Shown: positions 49,401 to 57,911, counted from the stretch's first letter. The stretch is DNA of 64,000 nt from Bacteroidales bacterium (GCA_017561155.1 JAFZDP010000033.1:1007-65006), one strand, 5' to 3'. Program-made: numbers and translations. The notes: generated by a model from the sequence alone, not told the origin.

Positions 49401-50719
49401 TGTCTAGGCCTAATTTTCGTATATATATTGACACTCCGTTGTATTACTATATCAGAGTTGTGAACGAATATGGGTGTGATGGTGTTGACAGTATATTGGT
49501 AGATTTTAATCTTATGACTGTCGACGTAGAGCCAATTTTGCCATCGTGTCCTAATGGCTGCGACGGGTCGGTGGAACTGCAAATAAACAATGGTACACCG
49601 GAGTACTTATACGATTGGGACTATCTGATATCGTCGAACTATATAATAGACCTATGTCCCGGCGACCATGCTTTGACTGTGACAGATATAAATGGCTGTA
49701 CGGCAGAGGTAGAGTTTACAATACCCAATCCCGAACCTATACATTTGGAAAAGGAGGTAACTCCGGCTTTGTGCAAAGAGGTGTGCGATGGCAGCATCAG
49801 GATAGCAATGCCTGCAAGCTATACGGGTGACTATACATTGACATGGGTCGACAATAACAGCCACGATACTGTGCGTAACAATTTATGTGTCGGTATGTAT
49901 GTGGTACGAATAGAATATGGCAATGGCTGTGTTATATATGACACAATAGTAGTGGGTACTAAAACAAGATTCGAGATAGAAAAAATTACCACTCCGTCGT
50001 GCAACATAAGAAACTGCGATGGTACTGTTTTGGTGTCGGTAGAGGGAGGTACCGAACCTTATAGCTACTGGTGGAGCACCGGAGAAACAGGAAATTATGT
50101 AGATGGTATGTGTTGGGGTGTGTATACTTTTATTATAACAGACGCTATGGGCTGCAAAATAGAAGATACTGTTGTGGTAAAACGAATAGGTACATTCGAC
50201 AATATGGAAATATGGGCCGACAGATATACTATATTCAAGGGCGAAAGCACAATGCTACACGCTACAGAAATACCGGCAGTAACTTATAGTTGGACCCCAT
50301 CAGGCAGTCTTGAAACACCATACGACAACGATACCAAAGCCTCGCCCGAAGTTACTACCATATACACTTTGAATGCTTCGGATACCAACAACTGTAAGTT
50401 TCAAGATACATTAAAGATAGAATGTATAGAGCTTATATGCGGTATGCCAAATCTTTTTATCCCCAATGCTTTTTCGCCAAACGACGACGGTGTGAACGAC
50501 AAACTATGCTTTAAAGGCGATTGGTTGAGGAGTTTCAAAATATCGATATTCTCGAGATGGGGCGAAAAGGTGTTTGAAACAACCGATATAAACGAATGTT
50601 GGGACGGACGATACAAAGGTAATAAGTGCCAAGCAGGAGTATATATGTATGTATGTGATATTATTTGCGAAGACAATCAAGAAGGTAGTTTTAAAGGTGA
50701 TATCACTATAATACAATAA
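46436..50719 (+). CDS. Large surface adhesin with PKD-like and SprB-like repeats and a T9SS type B (gliding-motility-associated) C-terminal domain
   Basis: Signal peptide. Repeats of the YLGGS..D / SBBP type, a PKD-like FGDSTYSTEINPTHVYSQPGIYQVTL, Cys-rich C.G..DG repeats and the terminal LFIPNAFSPNDDGVNDKLCFKG...WDGRYKG. Confidence 0.85.
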   Translation: MKKNRYIIAVLAVLVLAMQQVYAHKKHDTIGVGQNVRFVENKTQWDSNIYFRSSLIDATLFYEKGCFTILLADPKNPTGKSPEIDKNRNKTCKFHAYKVHFVGSDTKKIQGENRQTYYENYYIGNNPAKWSSNVGVFENICYNNLYANIDMKVYGQQHQLKYDFVVYPQGNPNDIALRYEGVDGLQLKNGNIVIKTSITNIVELKPYAYQIVNDKEQEVLCNYKLDKEDNTIRFEVGNYDSTLPLVIDPVLIFSTYTGSVADNWGTTATYDVYGNTYSSGLVFGTGYPTQIGAMDVSFNGNADVGIFKLNSIGNVRVYATYLGGSNADMPHSMYVNEFQELVIMGTTGSVNFPTTANAYDTSFNGGTPINYLGLNGSTATINFPNGSDIFVSRLSVDGTQLAASTYVGGTANDGLNYKRSFSNNNYDIIFGGNDSLYCNYGDGARGELITDDLNNIYVGTCTFSYNFPTTSGCFQPNYGGKQDGVVFKLDYNLSNMLWSSYIGGSNDDAVFSIDTDKDYNLVVAGGTNSNNFVTTADAYNTTYQGGRADCFISKISYNGSRLMNSTFFGSDSTDQAYFVRVSKDNDVYIFGQTKAYGSTLIHNAHYNTPNSGQLLARFGSDLDTLIWSTVFGTGSGKPNISPTAFAVDICNKVYCAGWGREFGGYRINNQVIQWNTVGTAGMQTSLHAIQSQTDGQDFYIMVLNDDASVMEYATFFGELHLTSSDGGGDHVDGGTSRFDRQGNLYQSVCASCNSTQNFPTTSNAWDTVNRSQNCNNGIFKMNVSDDFAVAEFMFPTGGCSPDTITFENYSRGEFYYWDFGDSTYSTEINPTHVYSQPGIYQVTLIAKTEKGCWKSDTITKELIVLGNGTRTLDTIFACPQNTVQLGFQPVAGYTYRWLARLGVLSDNTVANPYMVFNYPTTLTLLVDNGTCVDTMYQTVTYYNVKTDIVYDSASCVNPIYLTVETGDSNIVSYQWSTQRDFSDTINTNMSRPNFRIYIDTPLYYYIRVVNEYGCDGVDSILVDFNLMTVDVEPILPSCPNGCDGSVELQINNGTPEYLYDWDYLISSNYIIDLCPGDHALTVTDINGCTAEVEFTIPNPEPIHLEKEVTPALCKEVCDGSIRIAMPASYTGDYTLTWVDNNSHDTVRNNLCVGMYVVRIEYGNGCVIYDTIVVGTKTRFEIEKITTPSCNIRNCDGTVLVSVEGGTEPYSYWWSTGETGNYVDGMCWGVYTFIITDAMGCKIEDTVVVKRIGTFDNMEIWADRYTIFKGESTMLHATEIPAVTYSWTPSGSLETPYDNDTKASPEVTTIYTLNASDTNNCKFQDTLKIECIELICGMPNLFIPNAFSPNDDGVNDKLCFKGDWLRSFKISIFSRWGEKVFETTDINECWDGRYKGNKCQAGVYMYVCDIICEDNQEGSFKGDITIIQ

Positions 50720-50790
50720 AAATACAACTCGACACAATAATTGCAAATAGTTTGTTTATTGTGTTGTAACAGAAAAAAACAAATTGATTT

Positions 50791-51411
50791 ATGATAACAA
50801 AGATATACGATACCAATCCAAACTATCAAGATGTATTGAAAGTGGTTAAGTGTTTGGAAAATGGAGGTATAATAGTTATACCCACCGACACTTTGTATGC
50901 TTTTGCCTGTAGTATGAACTACAAAAAAGCCGTCGAGCGAATGGCACAGATAAAAGGCACTACTCTGGAAAAGGCCAAGTTTTCGTTGCTGTGCAAGGAT
51001 ATAAGTCAGCTGTCGGAATACACCAAACCACTCAGCAAAGAAAAGTATCAACTGATAAGGGAATGCCTACCGGGCCCATACACCTTTATAATGGATGCCG
51101 GAAGCAATATACCTCGCATATACCAAAATGCCAACAAAACAATAGGCTTGAGAGTACCTCAAAATCCAATCTCTCATGCCGTGTTGGATATGTTGTCGGA
51201 ACCTCTTATAGCCACTTCGGTACGCATACTCAACGAGGAAATGGAAACAGAATATTTGACCAATCCGGAGTTGATACACGAAATTTTCAACCATAAGGTA
51301 GATATGGTGGTAGATGGCGGAATAGGCGAAGACATACCATCGACAGTGATAGACTGCAGCAACAATAATTTAGAAATTGTCCGTTACGGAAAAGGAGAAA
51401 TAGAAATATAA
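50791..51411 (+). CDS. tsaC: L-threonylcarbamoyladenylate synthase (YrdC/TsaC family)
   Basis: GGIIVIPTDTLYAFAC, GPYTFI, IGLRVP; 206-aa single-domain form. Confidence 0.8.
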   Translation: MITKIYDTNPNYQDVLKVVKCLENGGIIVIPTDTLYAFACSMNYKKAVERMAQIKGTTLEKAKFSLLCKDISQLSEYTKPLSKEKYQLIRECLPGPYTFIMDAGSNIPRIYQNANKTIGLRVPQNPISHAVLDMLSEPLIATSVRILNEEMETEYLTNPELIHEIFNHKVDMVVDGGIGEDIPSTVIDCSNNNLEIVRYGKGEIEI

Positions 51412-51420
51412 ACGAAAATC

Positions 51421-53076
51421 ATGTTACAGCATCTTACGATAGAGAATTATGCACTCATAAAATCCTTGCAGATAGATTTCGAAAAAGGATTTACTGTTAT
51501 TACCGGCGAAACCGGATCCGGAAAAAGTATAATACTTGGTGCTCTCGGACTATTGTTGGGACAGCGTGCCGATGTAGGTGTGCTTTTCGACAAGGAGAAG
51601 AAATGTATAGTAGAGGCCACTTTCGATATAAAGGATTTGGGCTTGAAAGCTTTTTTCGAAAAAAACGATTTGGACTACGACGACACTCTATTGCTTCGCA
51701 GAGAAATACAACCTTCAGGAAAGTCCAGGGCTTTTATCAACGATACTCCTGCAGCCTTGCAGATAATGAAAGATTTGGGCAGTTATATAATAGATATACA
51801 TTCGCAACATCAAACTCTTACCCTGAAAGATTCCGATTTTCAGCTGAAGATTTTGGACGAGATGTGCGACGACAACACCACCCTTGCCCAATACAAAGAA
51901 AAATATGCCGAATATAAATCTCTTCGCAAAGAACTGGCTCTTTTGGAAGACGAGGATAAGAAAAACAAATTGGATTTGGACTACTATCAGTTTTTGTTCA
52001 ACGAACTTAACGATGAGAAACTACAATCCGATGAGCAGGCCGAACTGGAGCAGGAGATAGAGCTGCTGAACAATGTAGAGGGGATAAAAACCAATCTTTC
52101 GGCAGTGCTCGAGGCATGTCATAATAGCGACAACTCGTTGCTGTCGCAGCTTGTGGTGTGCAAGAATATGCTCAACAAGGCATCGGTACACTATGCACCA
52201 TTGGCCGAAGTGGCAAGCCGTTTCGATTCGGCTATTATAGAGCTGAAAGATATAGTGTCGGAGGTGGATAGTATAGACGGCGAACTGCAATATTCGCCAC
52301 AACGACAAGACGAAATATCGTCGCGACTAGACACTATATACCGATTGGAAACCAAACACAACGTAGCTACTGTAGCCGAACTATTGGAGATACAAAACAA
52401 CCTGGACGAACGTTTGCAAAACGTGATGGGGCTGGACGACAGAATAGATGCCACACGCAAACAGCTGAAACAGGCAGAAAGCGAATTGCAGACCAAAGCA
52501 AACCTGCTGACCAAGTTACGCCAAAAATCGGCAGAAGTATTGGAAAAACAAATACTGCCAATACTATCGGATTTGGGTATGAAAGACTCTAAGTTTAAAG
52601 TAGAGATAGAAACAACGGCAGATTTCTTGTCGTCGGGTTGCAATTCAATATCGTTTATGTTCAACGCCAACAAGGGAGGCCAACTTGGCGAGATAGGAAA
52701 AACGATATCGGGCGGTGAGCTGTCGAGGGTTATGCTTGCCATCAAATCGCTTATTACATCGAAAACATTGTTGCCTACCATTATATTCGACGAGATAGAT
52801 ACGGGAGTATCGGGCGAGATATCGTCGAAGGTGGGAAATATAATGAAACAGATGTCGGCAACTACACAGGTGTTTGCCATCACTCATTTGCCACAGATAG
52901 CAGCCAAATCGGATACACATCTCAAGGTGTACAAACAAGAAGAGGACAACCGAACACTGTCTAAAATGCTTGTGCTGACCGACGAGCAGAAGGTGGAAGA
53001 GGTGGCCAAAATGCTATCGTCAAACACTCTGACCGATGCAGCCATTGCAACAGCAAAAGAGCTTACAAAACTTTAA
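51421..53076 (+). CDS. recN: DNA repair protein RecN
   Basis: MLQHLTIENYALI, GETGSGKSI, ISGGELSRVMLA, IIFDEIDTGVSG. Confidence 0.95.
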   Translation: MLQHLTIENYALIKSLQIDFEKGFTVITGETGSGKSIILGALGLLLGQRADVGVLFDKEKKCIVEATFDIKDLGLKAFFEKNDLDYDDTLLLRREIQPSGKSRAFINDTPAALQIMKDLGSYIIDIHSQHQTLTLKDSDFQLKILDEMCDDNTTLAQYKEKYAEYKSLRKELALLEDEDKKNKLDLDYYQFLFNELNDEKLQSDEQAELEQEIELLNNVEGIKTNLSAVLEACHNSDNSLLSQLVVCKNMLNKASVHYAPLAEVASRFDSAIIELKDIVSEVDSIDGELQYSPQRQDEISSRLDTIYRLETKHNVATVAELLEIQNNLDERLQNVMGLDDRIDATRKQLKQAESELQTKANLLTKLRQKSAEVLEKQILPILSDLGMKDSKFKVEIETTADFLSSGCNSISFMFNANKGGQLGEIGKTISGGELSRVMLAIKSLITSKTLLPTIIFDEIDTGVSGEISSKVGNIMKQMSATTQVFAITHLPQIAAKSDTHLKVYKQEEDNRTLSKMLVLTDEQKVEEVAKMLSSNTLTDAAIATAKELTKL

Positions 53077-53101
53077 TACCGCAAAATACAATAATTATTA
53101 G

Positions 53102-53109
53102 TATCTTTG
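53102..53109 (+). promoter_or_regulatory. -7 box TATCTTTG
   Basis: 155 nt upstream of the deaD ATG, implying a long 5' UTR as is common for cold-shock DEAD-box genes. Confidence 0.5.
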
Positions 53110-53264
53110 CAAAAATTTTTAGGGCTTAATTGGTCATAAAGTCGGGTAGTATTTAGTTGGGTAAATATTATATAGTCAGCATATTGTATATGGTATAAAG
53201 GCTTCGGCTTGAATGATTCAATTTTGTGTAAAAACCAAACTTTATACGAATTTTTAAATTATAT

Positions 53265-55064
53265 ATGACATTTTCAGAATTAGGCGTTGGCGAAAAAATA
53301 TTGAAAGCCATCGAAGAATTGGGCTTTGAACGTCCCATGCCGGTACAAGAAGCTGTACTACCCATTTTGTTCGAAAAAGAAACAGACTTAATAGCTTTGG
53401 CACAAACAGGAACAGGCAAAACTGCTGCCTTTGGTATCCCTACAATACAAAATTTGGACTACTCGAACCAGAATACAGAAGCTGTAGTTCTCAGTCCTAC
53501 CAGAGAATTGTGTGTGCAAATAGCAAACGACCTTACAAAGTATGCCAAGTATATACCCGAATGTACTGTAGTGCCGGTATATGGCGGTGCCAGCATAGAG
53601 GTGCAAAAGAAAGCCCTAAAAAAGGGCGCTAAAATAATAGTGGCTACTCCGGGCAGAATAAACGACTTGTTGAGAAGAAAGTACATAGACCTATCCAACG
53701 TAAAATGGGCTGTACTCGACGAGGCCGACGAGATGCTGGATATGGGATTTAAAGACGATTTGGATTTCATATTGGCACAAACACCCGACACCAAACACAC
53801 CATGCTGTTTTCGGCTACCATGCCCGACGAGGTGGCTCGCATAGCCAAAAACTATATGAACGACCCCAAAGAGGTAACCATAGGTGTGCGTAACTCAGGA
53901 TCGGCAAATGTGCGTCACTGCTACTATTTGGTGCAAGCCAAAGACAGATATTTGGCCCTTAAACGTATCGCCGACTACTACCCAAGCATTTATGCCATAA
54001 TATTTTGCCGTACACGTTCCGAAACACAAGAGGTGGCCACTGCTCTTATTCGCGACGGTTACAATGCCGATGCTTTGCATGGCGACTTGTCGCAGGCTCA
54101 GAGAGATCATGTGATGGAGCGTTTCAGATGCAGAAACCTACAAATGCTTGTGGCTACCGATGTGGCTGCAAGAGGGCTTGACGTAAGCAACCTTACTCAC
54201 GTTATCAACTACAACCTGCCCGACGAGATAGAACAATATACTCACCGAAGCGGCAGAACAGGACGTGCCGACAAAACAGGTATATCTATAGCAATAATAA
54301 ACCTACGAGAAAAACACAAGATAAAGGCTATAGAAAAGATAATAAAGAAAAAGTTTGAACAAGTGCCTGTGCCTACGGGTATGGACGTGTGCGAAAAGCA
54401 GTTCTACAACATGATAGCCAAGGTGGAAAGGGTAGAGGTGAAGTACGACGAGATAAATAAGTTCACATCTGAGGTGGTGAAACGTTTGGAGTGGATGGAC
54501 AAGAAAGAACTTATCAGCAGATTCGTATCGGTAGAGTTTAACAGATTTTTGGAATACTACAAAAACTCGCCCGACTTGAACGTGAAAGAAAAAGAAGAAA
54601 AACAAAAAATAGACAAGAAAAAGAGCAAAGTACAACACAACGATGTGGGTATGGCCAGATTGTTTTTCAACTTGGGATATGCAGACAAAATTTTGCCACA
54701 ACGACTTATAGGTCTTATAAACGATACTTGCGACAACAAAGACATCAAGATAGGAAAGATAGACATTATGGAGCGTTTCTCGTATGTGGATGTGGATGGA
54801 TATTATGCCAACGAGATAATAGAGGCTTTTCATGGCGAAACCTACAAGAGAAAACCTCTTATAGTAGAGGCTGCCAATGCCAGAAAAGCCGGTGCCGACA
54901 AGAAAAGCAAGAAAAAACAAAACAGCCTTCCGGTCGAAACTCCTAAGAAGAAAGAAGCCAAGGGCGATAAAAAGAATAAAAGAAAAGACAGAAATAAGGA
55001 CACAGACTTTGCTCCCAAAAAAGGCAGAAAGGGTAGAAGCAGAAGAGGTGAAAACTTCTTTTAG
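53265..55064 (+). CDS. deaD: DEAD-box ATP-dependent RNA helicase (DeaD/CsdA-like) with Lys/Arg-rich tail
   Basis: AQTGTGKT, VLDEADEML, SAT, HRSGRTGRA, a DbpA-like C-terminal region and a basic tail. Confidence 0.93.
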   Translation: MTFSELGVGEKILKAIEELGFERPMPVQEAVLPILFEKETDLIALAQTGTGKTAAFGIPTIQNLDYSNQNTEAVVLSPTRELCVQIANDLTKYAKYIPECTVVPVYGGASIEVQKKALKKGAKIIVATPGRINDLLRRKYIDLSNVKWAVLDEADEMLDMGFKDDLDFILAQTPDTKHTMLFSATMPDEVARIAKNYMNDPKEVTIGVRNSGSANVRHCYYLVQAKDRYLALKRIADYYPSIYAIIFCRTRSETQEVATALIRDGYNADALHGDLSQAQRDHVMERFRCRNLQMLVATDVAARGLDVSNLTHVINYNLPDEIEQYTHRSGRTGRADKTGISIAIINLREKHKIKAIEKIIKKKFEQVPVPTGMDVCEKQFYNMIAKVERVEVKYDEINKFTSEVVKRLEWMDKKELISRFVSVEFNRFLEYYKNSPDLNVKEKEEKQKIDKKKSKVQHNDVGMARLFFNLGYADKILPQRLIGLINDTCDNKDIKIGKIDIMERFSYVDVDGYYANEIIEAFHGETYKRKPLIVEAANARKAGADKKSKKKQNSLPVETPKKKEAKGDKKNKRKDRNKDTDFAPKKGRKGRSRRGENFF

Positions 55065-55095
55065 TCAAGTTCTTATCTGATAAATATACAGACCG

Positions 55096-55138
55096 AAGCA
55101 AACTATGTGATACCAACGCATGGTTTGCTTTTTTTTTC
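55096..55138 (+). terminator. deaD intrinsic terminator
   Basis: Stem AAGCAAAC pairs with GTTTGCTT, followed by T8. Confidence 0.75.
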
Positions 55139-55140
55139 TT

Positions 55141-55646
55141 GAGCTTCGCTATTGCTTCGCAGACTAAGGGCAAAAGACAAAAGTCTAAAGGGTATAGAGA
55201 GTATAGAAAGTATAGAGAGTATAGAAAGTGGGTTTCGCTGTCGCTTCGCAGACTAAGGGCAAAGGGCAAAAGTCTAAAGGGTATAGAGAGTATAGAAAGT
55301 ATAGAGAGTATAGAAAGTGGGCTTCGCTGTCGCTACGCAGACTAAGGGCTAAGGGCAAAAGTCTAAAGGGTATAGAGAGTATAGAGAGTATAGAGAGTAT
55401 AGAGAGTATAGAGAGTATCGAAAGTGGGCTTCGCTGTCGCTTCGCAGGCTAAGGGCAAAAGGCAAAAGGCAAAGGACAAAAGTCTAAAGGGTATAGAAAG
55501 TATAGAAAGGCTACGAGCTGTGAGCTTTGAGCCACTTCGCCCTATCCGTGATTCCGTAGTTCCATAATTCCGTAGTTCCGTTAATCCATAATTCCGTAAT
55601 TCTATCAATCCGTAGTTCCGTAATTCCGGCTTCGCCTCCGTTGTCT
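55141..55646. repeat. Mosaic microsatellite block G with an 89-bp higher-order tandem repeat
   Basis: Units start at 55141, 55230, 55319 and 55426, giving lengths 89, 89 and 107 (89 + 2 x 9). A reverse (ATTCCGTA)-type half follows. Confidence 0.95.
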
Positions 55647-55716
55647 TTTTTTGTAATATTTTGTGGTGGGAAATGAATAAAAACAAAATAATTTCACTAA
55701 TAACAGAAAAAAACAG

Positions 55717-55724
55717 TATCTTTG
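55717..55724 (+). promoter_or_regulatory. -7 box TATCTTTG
   Basis: 44 nt upstream of the ATG at 55768. Confidence 0.55.
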
Positions 55725-55767
55725 CAGAAGTTTTTAGAGCATAAAACCAAGGGGATTGATATTGAAT

Positions 55768-56637
55768 ATGAGTATACAAAAAGCACCAATAATAGGGATA
55801 AATAGGCATAGGTTTCTTACAGATGGAGAAGGTGTAACCACTCTTGTGGTGTTCCACGGTTGCCCATTGGATTGTAAATACTGCCTTAATCCCGAATGCA
55901 AAACCAATGCGGAAAGACATGAATCGTTTACACCCCGGCAACTATACGACAAGGTGCAGATAGACGATCTTTATTTTCGTGTTACCGGTGGAGGTGTCGT
56001 TTTTGGTGGTGGCGAGCCTTTGTTGCAAAGTCGTTTTATAGAGGAGTTTAATGATATATGTGGCGACAAATGGAGTATATATATAGAAACATCGCTTAAT
56101 GTGGATCAGTGTCATGTGGAAAGACTTGTATCGATAGCAGATAGTTGGATAATAGATATAAAAGATTGGAACAACGATATATATAGAAATTATACAGCAT
56201 GCAACAATTTTGCAGTAAAACGTAACTTGGAGTACTTGCTATCGAATGTAGATGCCGATAAAATACAGATACGGGTGCCTCTTATTCCATGCTACAATAC
56301 CATTGGCGATACCGAACATACAATAGCGGAGCTCCATAAATTAGGTATTACCGATATTGATAAATTTGAATACAAACAAGATGTTGCTTCTCTAAAAGAA
56401 AAAATACATAAGAAAAATAATCAAATAACCACACTCGACCCGGATAGTATCAATATGGGAAAGTTTAGGTGCGAGGTGCTGAAAAGTATTCGTATTCATG
56501 CTGCCGAGTGTAACAATATACCGTATACTCCACACGAATGCCCAAACAATATGTGTGCCACCGGATTTTGTCCGATATGCGACAATGAATTAAAAAAGAT
56601 AACAAACGAATATTATAAACAAATAAAAATAAAATAG
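55768..56637 (+). CDS. Radical SAM enzyme, glycyl-radical-enzyme-activase (PflA)-like core with a Cys-rich C-terminal extension
   Basis: DGEGVTTLVVFHGCPLDCKYCLNPE (CxxxCxxC) and GGGVVFGGGEPLLQ. The C-terminal roughly 60 aa carry six Cys residues (C-x12-C-x9-C-x4-C-x4-C-x2-C). Confidence 0.75.
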   Translation: MSIQKAPIIGINRHRFLTDGEGVTTLVVFHGCPLDCKYCLNPECKTNAERHESFTPRQLYDKVQIDDLYFRVTGGGVVFGGGEPLLQSRFIEEFNDICGDKWSIYIETSLNVDQCHVERLVSIADSWIIDIKDWNNDIYRNYTACNNFAVKRNLEYLLSNVDADKIQIRVPLIPCYNTIGDTEHTIAELHKLGITDIDKFEYKQDVASLKEKIHKKNNQITTLDPDSINMGKFRCEVLKSIRIHAAECNNIPYTPHECPNNMCATGFCPICDNELKKITNEYYKQIKIK

Positions 56638-56639
56638 TT

Positions 56640-56873
56640 ATGAATAAGAAATTAAAAGATTTTATTGATAATGTATCATCTCGATTTAAAGGTAAAATAA
56701 AAGATGAAGATTCCAGGTATTTTGGATGTGAAGGAGATGTAAAAGCGGATTTTAATTTCGATGATGAGGACGAAATTGAAGAAGATGACGATGTTGTTTT
56801 CTCGGATGGTATTTTGCTTCCTGATTATAATGAAAATGATATAAGTGACGAGAGGAGAACAGAAGATAGTTAG
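56640..56873 (+). CDS. Small highly acidic hypothetical protein (77 aa)
   Basis: The ATG is 2 nt after the radical SAM stop. The sequence contains DFNFDDEDEIEEDDDVVFSDG..DYNENDISDERRTEDS. Confidence 0.45.
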   Translation: MNKKLKDFIDNVSSRFKGKIKDEDSRYFGCEGDVKADFNFDDEDEIEEDDDVVFSDGILLPDYNENDISDERRTEDS

Positions 56874-57094
56874 TAATTGGTAGTTTTTACTCTATCTTTG
56901 AAAAAGTCAGCCCAATACGGATTTTCTTTGTCAAAAATTTCTTTTTGTTCTTTTGTGAGTTTATGCGGATAATCTGAAAAAAGATTAAATACTACACGTT
57001 TATCAAAGGAAAATAGAAATTCGCCTATGATATTTGGATTATCAACCCAAAATATTTTGTCTTCTTCATTTTCTTTATAGAAATTGTACTCCAT
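56870..57094 (-). CDS. Hypothetical small protein (74 aa)
   Basis: ORF with its own TATCTTTG box 87 nt upstream. Its stop overlaps the convergent acidic ORF. Confidence 0.5.
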   Translation of the reverse strand: MEYNFYKENEEDKIFWVDNPNIIGEFLFSFDKRVVFNLFSDYPHKLTKEQKEIFDKENPYWADFFKDRVKTTNY

Positions 57095-57180
57095 AGTTTA
57101 TTTTATAAATACAAAAATAGAAAGCCCGATATTGCTCTCATTATGCAAACAAGCAGCAGTATCAAGTTTTAGTTATTTTG

Positions 57181-57188
57181 CAAAGATA
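57181..57188 (-). promoter_or_regulatory. -7 box TATCTTTG (minus strand)
   Basis: Plus strand reads CAAAGATA. Confidence 0.5.
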
Positions 57189-57211
57189 CGAATAGATTTT
57201 GATTGACAAAA

Positions 57212-57454
57212 TTATATTTCTTTTCTCATGATTTCCAGTGCTTCGTCGGGAGTGCTATACCTACACGAAATGCCATTTTCGTCCTCTGTTATTATTATAA
57301 AATGAGGGTAGCCGACACAAGCATTTTCCTCGGCTTCACATGTAGCATGATACACTACACCGCCTTTGTATTCACATTCATACGTTACTTGGTCTAGTTC
57401 GTTATTTACGGCAAATGTAAGCGCCATTAAATATGTTTCTTTTGTCGCTTTCAT
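57212..57454 (-). CDS. Hypothetical small Cys-containing protein (80 aa)
   Basis: An ORF. A decayed copy of its 3' end lies about 420 bp away, which implies it is or was a real gene. Confidence 0.5.
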   Translation of the reverse strand: MKATKETYLMALTFAVNNELDQVTYECEYKGGVVYHATCEAEENACVGYPHFIIITEDENGISCRYSTPDEALEIMRKEI

Positions 57455-57458
57455 GATG

Positions 57459-57466
57459 CAAAGTTA
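57459..57466 (-). promoter_or_regulatory. -7 box TAACTTTG (minus strand), only 5 nt from the ATG (possible leaderless mRNA)
   Basis: Plus strand reads CAAAGTTA, immediately upstream of the ATG at 57454. Confidence 0.4.
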
Positions 57467-57534
57467 CAAACTTTTTCCGACATAAAGATATATTTCTAAA
57501 ATAATATTTGCAATGGTTGTGTAGTAAGAGTGGA

Positions 57535-57591
57535 ATAAAAAAACCTCTTAATTTGGTTCTCGGCACTACAAGCCGAGGCAACATTAAAAGG
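57535..57591 (-). terminator. Strand-specific intrinsic terminator (minus strand)
   Basis: Minus-strand RNA reads CCUUUUAAU-GUUG-CCUCGGC-UUGUAGU-GCCGAG-AACCAA-AUUAAGAGG-U7. The U-G wobble works only on the minus strand. Confidence 0.6.
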
Positions 57592-57626
57592 CTTTTGTGA
57601 CTGCAAAATTACAAATAAATTTCGAG

Positions 57627-57678
57627 TTGACAAAATTATTTATCTTTTCTCATGATTTACAGTGTATACCTACACGAA
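57627..57678 (-). pseudogene. Relic of the 3' end of a paralogue of the 57212-57454 gene
   Basis: Aligns to 57203-57270 with a 15-nt deletion between GCACT direct repeats and a G-to-T change that creates TAA. Confidence 0.75.
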
Positions 57679-57911
57679 AAAAACTTTTGTAGTTTTCTGA
57701 AACAACAAGTCGATAATAATCTAATATACCGGTAATAGACAATAAAAAAAGCTTTTATAAGTTATTCTTGAAAATATTTAGTATGTTTGATTTTATAGCA
57801 GGATTGATAGAAGATTTTTTGAATTCCAAAACAGGATGTGGTTGTTTTGTTATTTTTTTGTTTTGGTTTTTTATATCTTCATTGTTAATGGCTATTTTTT
57901 AATATCTAAAT

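Noticed and set aside
55141-55510. Possibility that the regularly spaced GCTTCGC-header units form a CRISPR array near cas9.
   Set aside because: The sequence between headers is itself repetitive and nearly identical from unit to unit, so there are no unique spacers. The 89-bp period does not fit repeat plus spacer. The same modules occur in both orientations at many loci.
55139-55941. ORFs 55139-55345, 55228-55452 and 55363-55941, and likewise 1412-1615, 33921-34142, 34220-34426, 34802-35053, 34821-35021, 57998-58234, 60351-60551 and 60445-60777, which lie inside or across repeat blocks.
   Set aside because: Their translations are low-complexity echoes of the 7-9 bp repeats (for example YREYRKYREYRK and IESIESIES). 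The 7- and 8-nt units cannot preserve a reading frame. No promoter boxes or starts are supported.
56640-56873. Idea that the acidic 77-aa protein is a GrcA/YfiD-like spare glycyl-radical domain for the adjacent activase.
   Set aside because: It lacks the RVxG(Y/F)-type glycyl radical motif, and its composition is unlike that of glycyl-radical domains.
57599-57616. A TAATTTTG box on the minus strand (plus-strand CAAAATTA at 57604-57611) that, with the 57535-57591 hairpin, might define a roughly 60-nt sRNA.
   Set aside because: The hairpin is more simply the orphaned terminator of the decayed gene copy at 57627-57678. A single promoter-like octamer in AT-rich DNA is weak evidence.
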